Shown: piece after piece, positions 35,181-46,700 of the stretch
Position numbering within the stretch: position 1 is the stretch's first letter
How the letters are laid out: each line of letters starts with the position of its first letter
NCBI GenBank assembly: GCA_028534125.1
Contig: CM052824.1
Coordinates: 60,760,001-60,824,000 of the forward strand
Direction: 5' to 3'
DNA length: 64,000 bases
Origin: Lama glama
Lineage: Eukaryota
The notes under the pieces: generated by a model
The model's database searches: none
The model's input: only the letters and a program-made list of their open reading frames with translations
What the model was told of the DNA's origin: nothing
Translations under genes and position numbers: made by a program

Positions 35181-37783
35181 CCACTGAACCAACTAAATGC
35201 AGACTGAACCTGAACAGAAGGTGCCGGAAGGTGCTCCGCGGACATGAACACAGGCTCGGCTGGGGCGACATGGCGCTTCCCGCGGGACATGCCCGCGCCA
35301 CCGCGTGGCTGCCTCCTCCACTTGCCCATCCCCAGCCACAGTGCATCTGTCCCACCAGCCCTCCCCACGTGGTCCTGACCCGGATCCCACCAGCCTGACC
35401 CCTCTCACTCACCTGGCCAGGAACCCATGAACACGGCGCCCACGCTGGTGCCAGAATCCCACAGAGCACCCGGGCCGCCGGGACCAGAGCGGGGCAGTCC
35501 TACTGTCCAAGATCAGCAGCACAGCTGCGTCAGCGAGCAGAGCAGAGGAGGGCACCCAGCCCTCGCCGCTGCCAGCCTCTCACCCCAGTGCCCGGCCTCG
35601 CCACGGCGCCAGAGGAGTGTTCCAACAAAACAGAGCAGCTGGAGCCTCAGAGCCGCCCCTGGAGAGCATCTCAAGGACCTGCTCACCTGCAGGACGGAGC
35701 CACATTCCCCACATTCCCCCACAGTGACGCGGCCTTCGTCTGCATGTCACCTCACGTCCACCTCACCCCGAGCCCTCGGACACTGTGACCCCCATGATCC
35801 CACACCAGCACTGCAGCGGCCGAGCCAACCCGATCACCAACCCCCGCACGAGGCAGAGGGGAGAGCGAGCCCAGGGCGGAGCGGTGTCCACACGGGGATA
35901 CACCAAGGAGGACAGGGAGGCACAAGGAGGGCAGGGAGGTCGTGGAAGAAAGGGCAGACCCAGGACTCTCGGGCCAGCTCCGCCAGGGCCCCGGGCTCAG
36001 CTGACGGCTAGCTCCAGCTTCTAGGACACCGGACGAATGGGAGCCCGAGATGCAGAAATGCCTGGGTGTCCCCACCGCCACGGGCAGTGTGGGCTGTTGG
36101 TAACATCTCTGGGCAGATAAGCACAGTCTGTCACCATGGTTCAAAGCCATCTGGGTCACAAATAAATCCAGCTGGGGGGCCTCTCCCACAGAGCACAGTC
36201 GAGGGGACCCCCACCTTTCCAGCAGAAACGACTATTTTATTTTATTATTTGTGTGTCCAAAAAGGCATATAAACTGTCAAAGTGTAACTTTGCTCCTTTA
36301 GGGTGCTCGTCCCTCTCCATGAGATGTGGGCACCCAGAGGGAGGGATGGGGGCAGCCTTGTGGGGGAGGAGGACCCCGAAATCCACCTGGCTCCGAGCCC
36401 CCCACCAACGGGCTCCTCTCTGGCCGCCTGGGCTCCTGCCAGCCAGCTTCGCCATGAAGTCCACTCCCGGCTGGCCCACCCGTCTCCCAGCACCACTGCA
36501 AGTCCCACCCACTAAATGTTCTCCCGGACCAACACCACTCGCGGCAGAACCACAGGTGCACACCAGTACCTGCAATCCGGGACCAGGCAGCCTGGTGTCT
36601 TCCACCCAGGCTGGACTAGCTGCTGAGCAGTGCTCACCCATGGAACTGGCTCCCCACCCCGCTTCTCAGCGTGGCTTCCAGGCCTCAGAATCTCAAGGTC
36701 CCCATTCCACTTCTTTATTACCACTGTCTGACACTGGCCCGTCACCTGCCTCCCAGACAGGACGCACTGGGGCTCCTCCATCCACCCACCCTCCCAAAGA
36801 GGCCCCTCACGTCCACCACCATGTCCACCTGCCATGGCAGCACCTCCACCACCCCTTGGGCGGTTCTGGCCTCTTTAGACCCCCATGCCAGGATGCCACA
36901 GTGTGGACATCTCCACGGCCTAGCTGGCTGCCCCTCCAGGGCCCCCTGTTCTCTTTGGGGGACCCCAGAGCCCGGTCCTCCACTGGCTGCTCCCTCCAAT
37001 AACCTCTGCAGAGCCAAGGGCCCCACACCCACCTCGAGCCCCACCTCCTCCCCGAGATCCAAGACTCACAGGCTCACTGCCCACTGAACACCTTCACTGG
37101 GTCCGATGGACAACACAAGCTCGGCCCACCTCTGCTTGAGTCTGCTCCTCCCCACACAGGGCGCTGCTCCACCCAGGACCCGAACCGGAGCCCACCCTGT
37201 GACGACGCCCTGCCGGGAAGGGGGCTGAGCCGTCCTGCGAACGAACTCAACACGCATCCACTGTGGCCCAGGGCCCCCCACCCCAGGCCAGAGGCCGAGC
37301 AGGGTCTGCGTGGTTGGTGTGAAGTTTCTCTACGCCCCAGCCAGGGGTGCCCTGCCCCGAGGGACGGGGTGGGGCGGACTGCTCGGGGGCCAGTATGGAC
37401 TTGGAGGGGCCGATCACCAGGTTTGGGGGTGGTCGTCGCTGGGGCAGGGTCACGGGGCCAGCGTCCAGCTGTCACAGCCAGGGCCCTTCCCACCAGGGGG
37501 AGATCAGGCCATGTTCTGGACTTCCCTTGTGCCACCAACAGACCAAGCCAGTGCCCTCTCTGATGGCAGGCTTGTTGGCCAGAACACACACTCAGCCAAG
37601 CGCAGAGAGGCACCAGTGAAAACCCCACACGCGGTCACATCAGCTGCCCACTCTGCCTTTAGATGCCCCTCGAGGGGCACTGGAGCCGCGGGCCACCCAT
37701 CACCCACCCTCCCCCTCCCGGCACACCGCACCAACACCTCCCCTGTGGCCACGACCGCACCGTGGGAGAGAGGTGGTACTCAC

Positions 37784-37834
37784 TGTCTTCTCCCGGGCAG
37801 GGCATGCCTGGCTCCTCGGGGATGCTGGGGAAAA
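37784..37834 (-). CDS. PRKCZ: PRKCZ exon 4 (VFPSIPEEPGMPCPGED)
   Basis: 51 nt with acceptor ctctctccccgtgcag and donor GTGAGT. Matches aPKC VFPS.PE.PG.PCPGED. Confidence 0.96.
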
Positions 37835-39206
37835 CTGCACGGGGAGAGAGAGACAGTGCGTCAGTGCCACTGCAGCCCCGCGAGAAGCCCTGCTCTGGGG
37901 CAGGCTGACCGGACGCACCTGCCCACAAAGCCCACTCACGGTGAGAGCCCACTCTCGGGAGAGGCTCATTAATGAGCCTTGGAACCCGGTACATCGACAG
38001 GTAACAAGGTGCCAAATGCCCTCTGATAAGACCTGGAGACGCCCTGAAAAATCCAGGGGAAAAAGCAGTCAGAGACCCGGCTGACAGCCGTCGGAGGAGA
38101 ACTCCTGGTCTGTACTGATAAATCAACGTGGAGACGGGCAAGAACTGACATTGCTCTGAACACTGACTTTTGAAAGCACACTCATCCCACTGCTTCTCAC
38201 TCAAGAAGGAGCTCAAAACTCAGCATGTTAAATACACCTGGAGCCTCCACGATGAGCCATTAAACAGAAGCTCGCGCGATACATCTTAGCTGAATTCCTT
38301 TCTCCTAAATAAAAGGTAAAGGGAACTTTAAAAGCACCAATCTTTGTAATGCTGAGAATCAACGCACAGATGTCAATGTCACCACCCCAAAAACGAGGCC
38401 TGCGGTAGGCTTCACATTTAGCCACAGGCACAGAAAGGGCTACAAAAGCTGCGTATTTTAACCACCCGCCTGCCCAGTTTTGCACTCCAGCCCCCGCTCT
38501 TGGGCTCAGCTGCCGGCGCCCCGCGCACGAGGACGAGCTGCACCAGGGCGGCCACGCTGCTGGAGCCAAGTGCGCGGTCCCGCAGACACCGGGAGCGCGG
38601 TCTGAAGCCCTCAGTGCAATGGCTACCCTGAATCGAGAACAGTGCCCAGTGCTGAGGTTCACCGTCTGAGGGAGGCTGTGAGCCTGGGAGAAGCCAGAGG
38701 GAGGGCCTTGTCCAGCCCGGAGCAGGGCTGCAGCCCTGTCCCCTGCTCTGCCCGCAGGCACATGGGCCCCAGACCCTCGGAGCTCCGGGAAGGGTGAGGG
38801 CAGGTGAACAAGCCCAGGCTTCTGACACCCCCGGCAATACCGGCCTCCAGGAAACAAGGGTGGTGAGAGCCGACAGCAGGAGCCCAGCTTCTGCGGCCAC
38901 GATCTGACAGAAGAGGCGCAACAGAGTGCCCGTCTTGTCCCCGGCACCCAGGCTAAGGCCAGGCGCACTCACCCGGAGAAGAGGGTTTCTGACTTTTTAC
39001 CGGGAAGAGCAATTTGTATCTGGAGTGACAAAACGTGAAAGAGAACAAAACAAAGCCAAACTGCATCCTATTCCACACCCTCACAGTCTCTGGCACGCTA
39101 AGATCTTAAACTGTGGCCTTCCACGTGGCGTCCGGCCCGACAAAGATGCCCACAGCCGAGGAGGTGCCCCCCCGCTCCCCAGACCGCCCCGCCAGCCAGC
39201 ACTGAC

Positions 39207-39296
39207 CGTGAATGATGAGACCTTCGTCCCTGTGCTGACAGGACAGGCGGAAGGCCTCCTCCAGCTCCATCTGGGAGGACACAGTGCAGGGGTCAC
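39207..39296 (-). CDS. PRKCZ: PRKCZ exon 3 (PB1: [30 protein letters not shown])
   Basis: 90 nt with ccag acceptor and GTCAGT donor, in frame with exon 2; acidic OPCA-type PB1 motif. Confidence 0.97.
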
Positions 39297-40199
39297 CTGG
39301 GCGGGCAGGAGACATCGCTGAGGCCACCGCAGGCCCAAGGCAAGGGGCTCAGGATGGCGGGCATCAGACCCCAGTTCGGGAGGGCAAAGTCCCGCTGCTG
39401 GTGACTGGTGGCCCAGAACAGAGCTGGCGGGTCCCAGAGCAGCCAGACCAGCAAGTCATCTGTCCAAGCCCCGCCTCAGAGTCCCCCAACCCCCAGGGAA
39501 GCGAGTCCACGCAGAGCTGAGAAAGCCACTCGGAGCGAAGCTGGGCTAGCTTCCCGGCTTGGGTGAGTGAGAACACTCTTCTAGTCAGCCCCAGACTGGA
39601 GGGAAGGGCTCCCTGCCCCGTGCTGCAGGACAGGAGCAGAGAGACGCAGACAGCCAGCGCCCACGCGCCGGGCCCTGACGGAAGGGGCTCAGCTAGAGTG
39701 TCTGCCCTGTCCCCCGCGGCCAGGCTGACAGCGCCAGGCGCAGTCATCCAGAGGAGGGGGTCTCTCCTGGACTGTCCCCCAAACCCAAACCCTTTGCTTT
39801 CTCACAAGCATGTCTGACTGTAAGAGAGGAGGGACGGAGCGGGACGAGGCGACACTGGGGCCACCAGAAAAGCCCAGGACACGAGAAAGGAAGGTCACGT
39901 AAGGAGGGTAAGGGCCTGCCCACGGCGGGTAGGGGGCCCGCAGCCTCTCCCTGGGGCCCAAGACCAGGGCAGGCCTTGCAGGCGGACACTCACCTCCCAC
40001 CCCTAAACCCAGGCCCTCCACGCACCTGCTGCCAACCTCTTCCCAGGAAGCAGTTTCCAACGTCCCCTCTGGGGAAGCTGGCTAGTTAAACTTGACCAGT
40101 TCAGTCCCAGGGTTTTCACCTCCCCCTACCCCCGAGGGGCCGCGCCCACTCCGCTCCCCAGACTGAGGTTTGCAGTCCTATGGACACACGCCAACCTAC

Positions 40200-40321
40200 C
40201 TTCACTGTCCACCCACTTGAGGGTGAGCGGGTGGTCCTGGTGCAGACGGCACATCTCCCTCACCTCCTCACAGAGCTCGTCGAAGGTGGTGGCCGAGTCC
40301 AGGCTGGTGATCAGGATGTCT
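40200..40321 (-). CDS. PRKCZ: PRKCZ exon 2 (PB1 domain: DILITSLDSATTFDELCEEVREMCRLHQDHPLTLKWVDSE)
   Basis: 122 nt with ccccag acceptor and GTAGG donor. Phase joins exon 1 (GG|A GAC). Contains the aPKC PB1 motif LKWVDSEGD. Confidence 0.97.
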
Positions 40322-40499
40322 CTGGGGCAGAGAGGACGGATAGGTCTCACCACGGGGTGTGCTTAAATCACGGCCCCCTGCCGCCCACCCCTTCCTGCTG
40401 GAACTGGCCATATCTGCTCAAAGACCCTCAGCACGTGCTCCAGGGCCCAGCTCTCCTCAGGGACCAGCACAGCCCACCTGCACCACGGCCCGCAGCATC

Positions 40500-40545
40500 C
40501 TAGCAGATGGGGAAACTGAGACACAGAGGGCTCACCCAGTCCATC
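40500..40545 (+). mobile_element. MIR core fragment
   Basis: cagatggggaaactgagacacagaggg is the MIR core. Confidence 0.55.
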
Positions 40546-43500
40546 AGTGGGGGCTCCAGAGACCAAGCCCCCACTCCCACCCACCCCAACACCCTGGGTC
40601 ACCCACACCGGTACCAGGCACACTCGCCCCTGACCCAGCATCCACCAGTCCACCTGCGACCAGGAGCCCTGGAAGTCTGTCTGCCATCCCTTCACCTTCT
40701 ACCTCTCCCTGTGCCACGAATCCCTCCACCCCGCAGTTCCGCCCCTAAGTGGAAGCTAGCCTCCCCCCCGCCAGTGCTTCAGGGCCTAGAGGCCAGGCAG
40801 TGGCCCCCAGCAGTCTGGAAGCCCTGACACCAGGCTGGGCCCCCGGACGCCAGGCCTATCACCAGCCACAGCAATTCAGCTCTTCCCCACCCAGGGCAGG
40901 ACTTCAGCACGCACGGGGAGGGGCCGTCCCACCCCCACGCCCAATGTCCTCCCGAACCTGAGTCAGGCAGCCCCTCTGAGCAAACAGGGCCCCCTGAGGC
41001 TGCCAGCTCAGGACTGTCAGGCAACCGCCTGAGGGACTGTCCTTCCCTGGGTGCCTAGAAGGGTACCAGGCCCCAGCACCCAGCCCTGGGCCATGCACAG
41101 AGCAGGCGCTTGATAAGGATCTGGACAAGCCGGAGCTGGAGAGACTGCGGCGCTGCCTAGCTCTCTCTGTGATTTTTTTTTCATAACCTGATTTTTTTCT
41201 CTCTCTCTTTTTTTAATGGAAGTATAGCCCGTTTACAGCGTCGTGTCAAAAGTTTCTGCGATCTTACAAAAGCGGGCTTCTGAGACTCAGCCTGGCAGAA
41301 CAGGGTCTCCACACCCAACCAAGGCACCCCCTGAAGACACAGGAGCTGCTGGACCCCACTTCAGACTCCGGTGACTACACACCCTGCAAAGGCCCAGCTG
41401 GTGGAGGGGGAGGCTCTGACCTCCAGCTTTTGGAGGGACTGTGGCGGAGGTGGGGGGACGGGAAAGGACAACCAGGAGAAGCCATCGCCAGTGGGAGCCG
41501 CTGAAGCCCCTCCCACCTTTAAGAACAGTGTCTTCAACACATCTGACTCTCAGCTCCTGACCCTGCTGCTTAAAAATAACCTCCCTCCAGGAGGCAGCAG
41601 CAGAGAATTCCACTTGGACCTGCGGAGTTTGGATCAGTGAGCGCGGTTCTTGGTGGGTGCTCTCCAGTGCCAGCGTCTGTGCTGGGCTCTGAGGACTAAG
41701 TCTGCCAACTCAGACAGTCCCCGGGGAGAGGCACCAGCACGGAGCACTTTGGGAAGAGCACGGGGAGGAGTGAGCGAGTGCGAGCTGGACTGGGAAGGAA
41801 TGGTGGAGCCTGGGGCAGAAATGGGGGGGGTGACAGGGAGGAGGGAAAGAGGAGCGGGAGGGGAGGAGAGAGGAAGGAGCAGAGGTTGGGAATGGAAGGA
41901 AGAGGAAAAGTGTAGGGTGTGGCCCCATCAGCCTGGGGAAACCGGACTCAACAGGTCACATATCCCTCCCTCGGTAACCAAAGCGCTCTCCAGGGGCCCT
42001 AGCCAGGGAGGGGAGGGAGGGGCGAGGGACAGGTCCAGCAGCCACCCAGCCAGAACTCCCAGGGGCTCCGCGGAACTCTGCCCAAGACTCCTGCCTCACC
42101 CACCTCCATCCCGGGCTCAGTGCCGGAGGGGCCTGGGGGAAGGCAGGGGGTCCGGTTCCCACCCACCCCCTGGCCTCTCCGGGTGTGGACTTCCTTTCAT
42201 TAGGAATCAACTCTGATTTTCCAAAAGCCGCTTGCTGCTCAATCCCATGGCTCCAGACAGAGAGGACGACCATGTCTGATACTGAGACGCCCGTTCCTTG
42301 CAGTGGGCAAGCAGGAAGGACCAGTATGAGGACCAGGACCTAGCTGGCATCTCACCAGTTCAGCCCATCCTTCCAGGAGAGAAGACAAGATTCCCCAACC
42401 TCCTGAGGTGCGCTGGCCCGGCGTCCCTCAGAAATCCTTCGGTGGGGCTCTGCCACCAATTCTGCCCCCCCCCCGCGCTCCCCCCCCCCCCGCTCCCAAG
42501 TGATCAGGCTAAGGACAGCAGAGGGCAGGAGGAGAGGCTTGACAGACACCCAGACAAGGTGTGCTCACCCGGCCAAGAGCCTGAAGCCCCACCTCGGGTG
42601 CACCACAGTGGGGACCACCAAGTTCAACTGCGGGCCAGTGTTCGGCTCCCTTCCCCTTCCCCCAGCAGAGGCGACCCTGGGAGCAGCCCGTCTGATCTCG
42701 GGCGCCTGGAGTCCAAGACAGGTGGGAAGCAGCGGCAAAGGCGCCTAGCTCTCCGATGAGCGCCGTCTGCACTGCGCTAGAAGGGGCAGCGGGGTTCTGG
42801 TCTCCAGTGGCCAAGAACCCAGCGCTTCCTGGGCCAGGCCGGGCGCTCCGGTCACTGACCCCCGTGAGGCCCCCTCGCCCCACTTCACAACGAGGCAGGT
42901 CGAATCCAGGGCGCGGTGCCCGGACGCAGGGCCCGGAGGCTGTCCCAAGGGTCCAGTCACCAAAGGAACCGCGCCCCAGCCCTTCCAGGCGCCCTCCATT
43001 CGTCCAACCGCCGGGGACTCACCGCACCTGGCCTTCTCCGGTCAATAAACCTTTGTTAAACGGAGACCTCTGGCTCGGTAAATTGGGAAAAGTTCAGGAA
43101 AACCTCGATTTTTAAAACTGTCAGTTTTCACAGTTCGACAGAAACTTTCGTCCTTACGGGTCTGTGGCTTAATGTTCTGACCAGCTTTCCAGGGAGACAG
43201 TCAACACAGTGCCCGGGGCTGCGGACCGTGCCCGACGCCCGCCTCCGGCGCCACAGGGTCCTTCGGGCAAGTCCGGGCCCAGGAAAATCTCCTCCAGGCA
43301 GGGAGAGACCCTTGCGGCCGCCGCGCTCCGAGCCGGGCCCGGCGACCCCGCCCTGCCCGCGAGTTCTCCCGCAGGTGACGTCCAAGCGAGCCCGGAGCGC
43401 CCACCTCGCCCGGCGCCGCCGCTCGGCGCTGGCGCGTCAGGACCTCCCGGGACGCCCCTCCGCCCAGAGTGGCCTCGCGGCCCCACCCCTCCTGCGCCAC

Positions 43501-43668
43501 GGCCGGCTGCCCACAGCCCTCGGCCTCCCGAAGTAGCGGCGACACGGTCCCCGACGGCCGGCGCGATCGCGGGCCGCTCCCGACGCCGGCTCGGCCCTCC
43601 GCCCCGCGGGCCTCGACGCACACACCCCCGGCCCGGGTAGGGCTCCGCCGTCGGGCGCTCGCGCTCAC

Positions 43669-43739
43669 CCGTTGTAGTGCGCCTTCAGGCGGACGCGGCC
43701 GCCGCTCCCGTCCATCTTGGGGCCCGTCCTGCTGGGCAT
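43669..43739 (-). CDS. PRKCZ: Protein kinase C zeta, coding part of exon 1 (MPSRTGPKMDGSGGRVRLKAHYNG)
   Basis: ATG at 43739-43737 (gccATGc). The translation matches the PKCzeta N-terminus. 71 nt, followed by donor GTGAG; lies inside a CpG island. Confidence 0.97.
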
Positions 43740-43760
43740 GGCGCGCTCCGCCGGCCGCCG

Positions 43761-43790
43761 TCAGCGCCGCGCTCCGGACGCTCGGGCCAT
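43761..43790 (-). other. Upstream ORF in the PRKCZ 5' UTR (MARASGARR*)
   Basis: gccATGg at 43790; TGA at 43763-43761, 21 nt before the main ATG and in the same frame. Confidence 0.8.
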
Positions 43791-46700
43791 GGCGCGGAGC
43801 CCCAGCGGCCGGGCCGCGGCGCAGGTGGGACCGACGGTGGAACGCGGAAGGGAGCGCGCGGCGCAGGGTCCGAGGGACGCGAGTCCCGCCAACTCCGCGG
43901 AACTTGGCGGCGGGCGGGGCGGGGCGGGGGCGCGGCCGGCGGGCGCGCGCAGGGGGTTCGGGGGACGCGCACGGAGTCCGGCGTCAGGGCTCGCCGGCGG
44001 CGGGGGGGTCCGAACATGGCCGACCCGAGACCCAGCCGGCGGCCAATCGGCGGGGCGGGCGGACCCGGGGCGGGGGCGGTGGCACCTGCGGCCAATGAGG
44101 GCGAGGCGGGGCCGCCACCTGGGCCAATCCCCGGGGGACCCTGCGGCCTTGGCCCAATAGCGCGGCGCTGGGCGGACTACCTGTCGGGCGGGGCGCGGCC
44201 CCACCTGCGGCCAATGGGAGCGCGTGCGGCCCCGCTCTGCCCGGCAACCCGCGCCCCACGCCCGCCCTGCGCGCTGGCCCCTCGGTGAAGCGGGCTCTCG
44301 GGGCCGCGGTTCCCAGGTGGGGCCCCTGAGCTGCGCGCCCTGGGAACTTACGGAAATACGGGCCCTCGGCCCAAACCAGACTGGTTGAGTCGAAACTCCA
44401 GCAGTCTTTGCTAACAAGCCCGGGGAATTCGGGGCGAGCGCTAGTCTGAGAGCCGCTGAGCTAGGGGACAGCGGGGAGGGGGTCTCCCTAGAGGAGTGCG
44501 GCAGCCGCTCAGACCTTTGACTCCGAACGGCGCTCGGACTGCGGTGACCCGCGTCCGGCCAGCTTACGGACGGGGAGACTGCGAGGAGCAGAGAACCCGG
44601 CGAAGGTCACCGCCGGCAGGTCCGGGCTCAGCTGGTTCTCCCGGCCCCAGCCGCCCTCCTCCCATTGCGGAAGGTTTGTCTACGCTCGCTAGCCTTCCCC
44701 CTCTGCTCCAGTCCACTCCTCGGTCCAGGACAAGGAAACTGCGTTTGTGCAGGTCGCCCTTGACCTTCACTTCTGAATCCACAGCTTCTTTGGGTCTTAC
44801 TAACACCGTGCATTTGTTCTGGACCGTCGCCTCGAACTCTACCTACACCCCCGCCCCCCAGGTGCCTGCATCCTGGGCCTCTTCCCCTTAAACGCGGGAT
44901 CCGGTTTTCCCTGAGGAACCCATCCCGTGCTGGTTGCATCCCAGGGGGCCCAAACCTGCAGTTTGCGGGGCCCAGGTGGGCACCCCAGACTCAGAGGTCT
45001 GCGGCTGCCTCATCCCTGCCATCCCTGCAGAACCCGTTGCCTCCCTCCCCTTCCCTACCCCACCCTGTTGGCAACCTCTGACCCTGGACTCCGGCCCTAG
45101 AGAAGCCACTCCTCACCTGGACAATTGTAAGGAATTCCCATGCACACACTTTCATTCCAGAGACGCTTCCTAGCGCCTCCTGGTACCAGGTGCTGGGGTG
45201 TCCCTGGAGAACCAAGAAGACACAGGTCACAGAACCCATGCTCTCCTCAGAGATGGCCGCCAAGACACCTGTTGACAGCCCGCTGCTCACTAAGCTGCTG
45301 TGAACGCTCCCATCTTTGAAAACAAACAAACAAACAAACTAAAAAAGTCTGCATCCCACACCCGTCCACCCATCAGTCCATTTCTCAGTTCTTCACCACA
45401 AAACTCCTGCCTGGAGCTGTCTGCAGCCCTTGTCTCCACTTTATCTCTCCTGCACTTTCTCTGAGCCCCTCCCTTCCCCCCACCATCACCACCAACTCCC
45501 GTGTTTGAAATACAGTGGCCGGTTCTCAGATTGTTTCCCGGTTGGCCCTTCACAGTGTGCTCACCCTAGGACTCTGCTCCCTCCCTCCTCTCCTCACCTC
45601 CCCCACTGCTGCTTCCTGCTGCCCCACCCCCTACCAAACCCGCCTCCTCGTCTTCGGTCCTCTGAGACCCTGGAGCGGCTCAAGCCCACCTCCAAGCACC
45701 ACCCCAGGCTCAGGTTCCCCCACCTCACCCCTCCCGCGCTTCCAGGCCTCCCTCGGACATGCCCTTTGTCCATTCTCAGCTCGAGCTACCTTTGCCTCCT
45801 CACACCCCCACCCCCCAGATTCCAGCCTCGTCTCGCCTCTTCCGTTGCTGCCACCTGGCCTGAGCCGCGCCCTGCGTGCTGGGATTCTTGCAGCAGCCCA
45901 ATTTCCATAGAACGAAGTCAGCCCGTGTCCGTCTGTCCGGCATTCGAAACCTGCCGTGGTTTCCATCCTCAGGGACCCCAGGCCTTCTGCCCTCCCAGGT
46001 GGTCTCCTAGTGCCCCAGCCGCCCAGCGGCATCGGCCTCGGCCTTCTCACGTGCATCCCATCTCCTGGGAGCACCTGTGCCCAGACCCACACTTGTCTGA
46101 AGTCCTCATCGTCACTGATGCCCGCTTCATCCACCCCCAACGCAGGCACAGGGGTCCCTGGCGGTCAGTTGCATGTGAAGGGGGTGGAGCCGCAGGCATG
46201 AGCAGGACCCTGCAGCCCAGAAGCAAGCGTGTGGGATGCAGCCTCCTGGCCAGCACGGTGGCTGTGTCTCCTGGGCTGTCGTGAGTCCAGCCTGGCTCAT
46301 GGCCACGGATGGGCACGCCCTGGCGGTTGGGGAGGAGCAAGGATGCCCACAGTATCCCCCAGCACTCTGCTGTCCTGTCTCAGTGTGGTGGGGGTCAGTG
46401 AGGTCAGCGAGGAGGGGTCAGGGAGCCCAGTTCTTCATGCCCACTTCCCACTGCAGACAGGACCAGCCAGCGAGTGGCCCTGTCACTGGGCACGTCTCTT
46501 GGATGTGCCCCATCCCAGGCCCCTCTACATGACAGCCCAAGTCTGGCCCAAGAGCTGTTTCTACCCAGGGAAGCCCTTGCCAGGGTGGGAGCCCCAGGTG
46601 TCCTGGGTGTCCTGGTGGTCACTGGCCCCCACCTGCAGACCTGAATGCCACATGGGAACCTCAGCCCCCAGGCCTGGTGAGAAAGCCTGGAGGGGAGGTA

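Larger units (their letters stand above)
1..37783 (-). other. PRKCZ: PRKCZ intron 4 (partial; exon 5 is outside the window)
   Basis: No exon-5 sequence (KSIYRRGARRWRKL) was found between exon 4 and position 1. Intron 4 is known to be very large in mammals. Confidence 0.85.
43200..44650. promoter_or_regulatory. PRKCZ: CpG-island promoter of PRKCZ with GC boxes and five CCAAT boxes
   Basis: Very dense CpG. GGGGCGGGGC runs at 43912-43930 and 44066-44078. CCAAT at 44043, 44092, 44124, 44154 and 44211. Confidence 0.9.
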
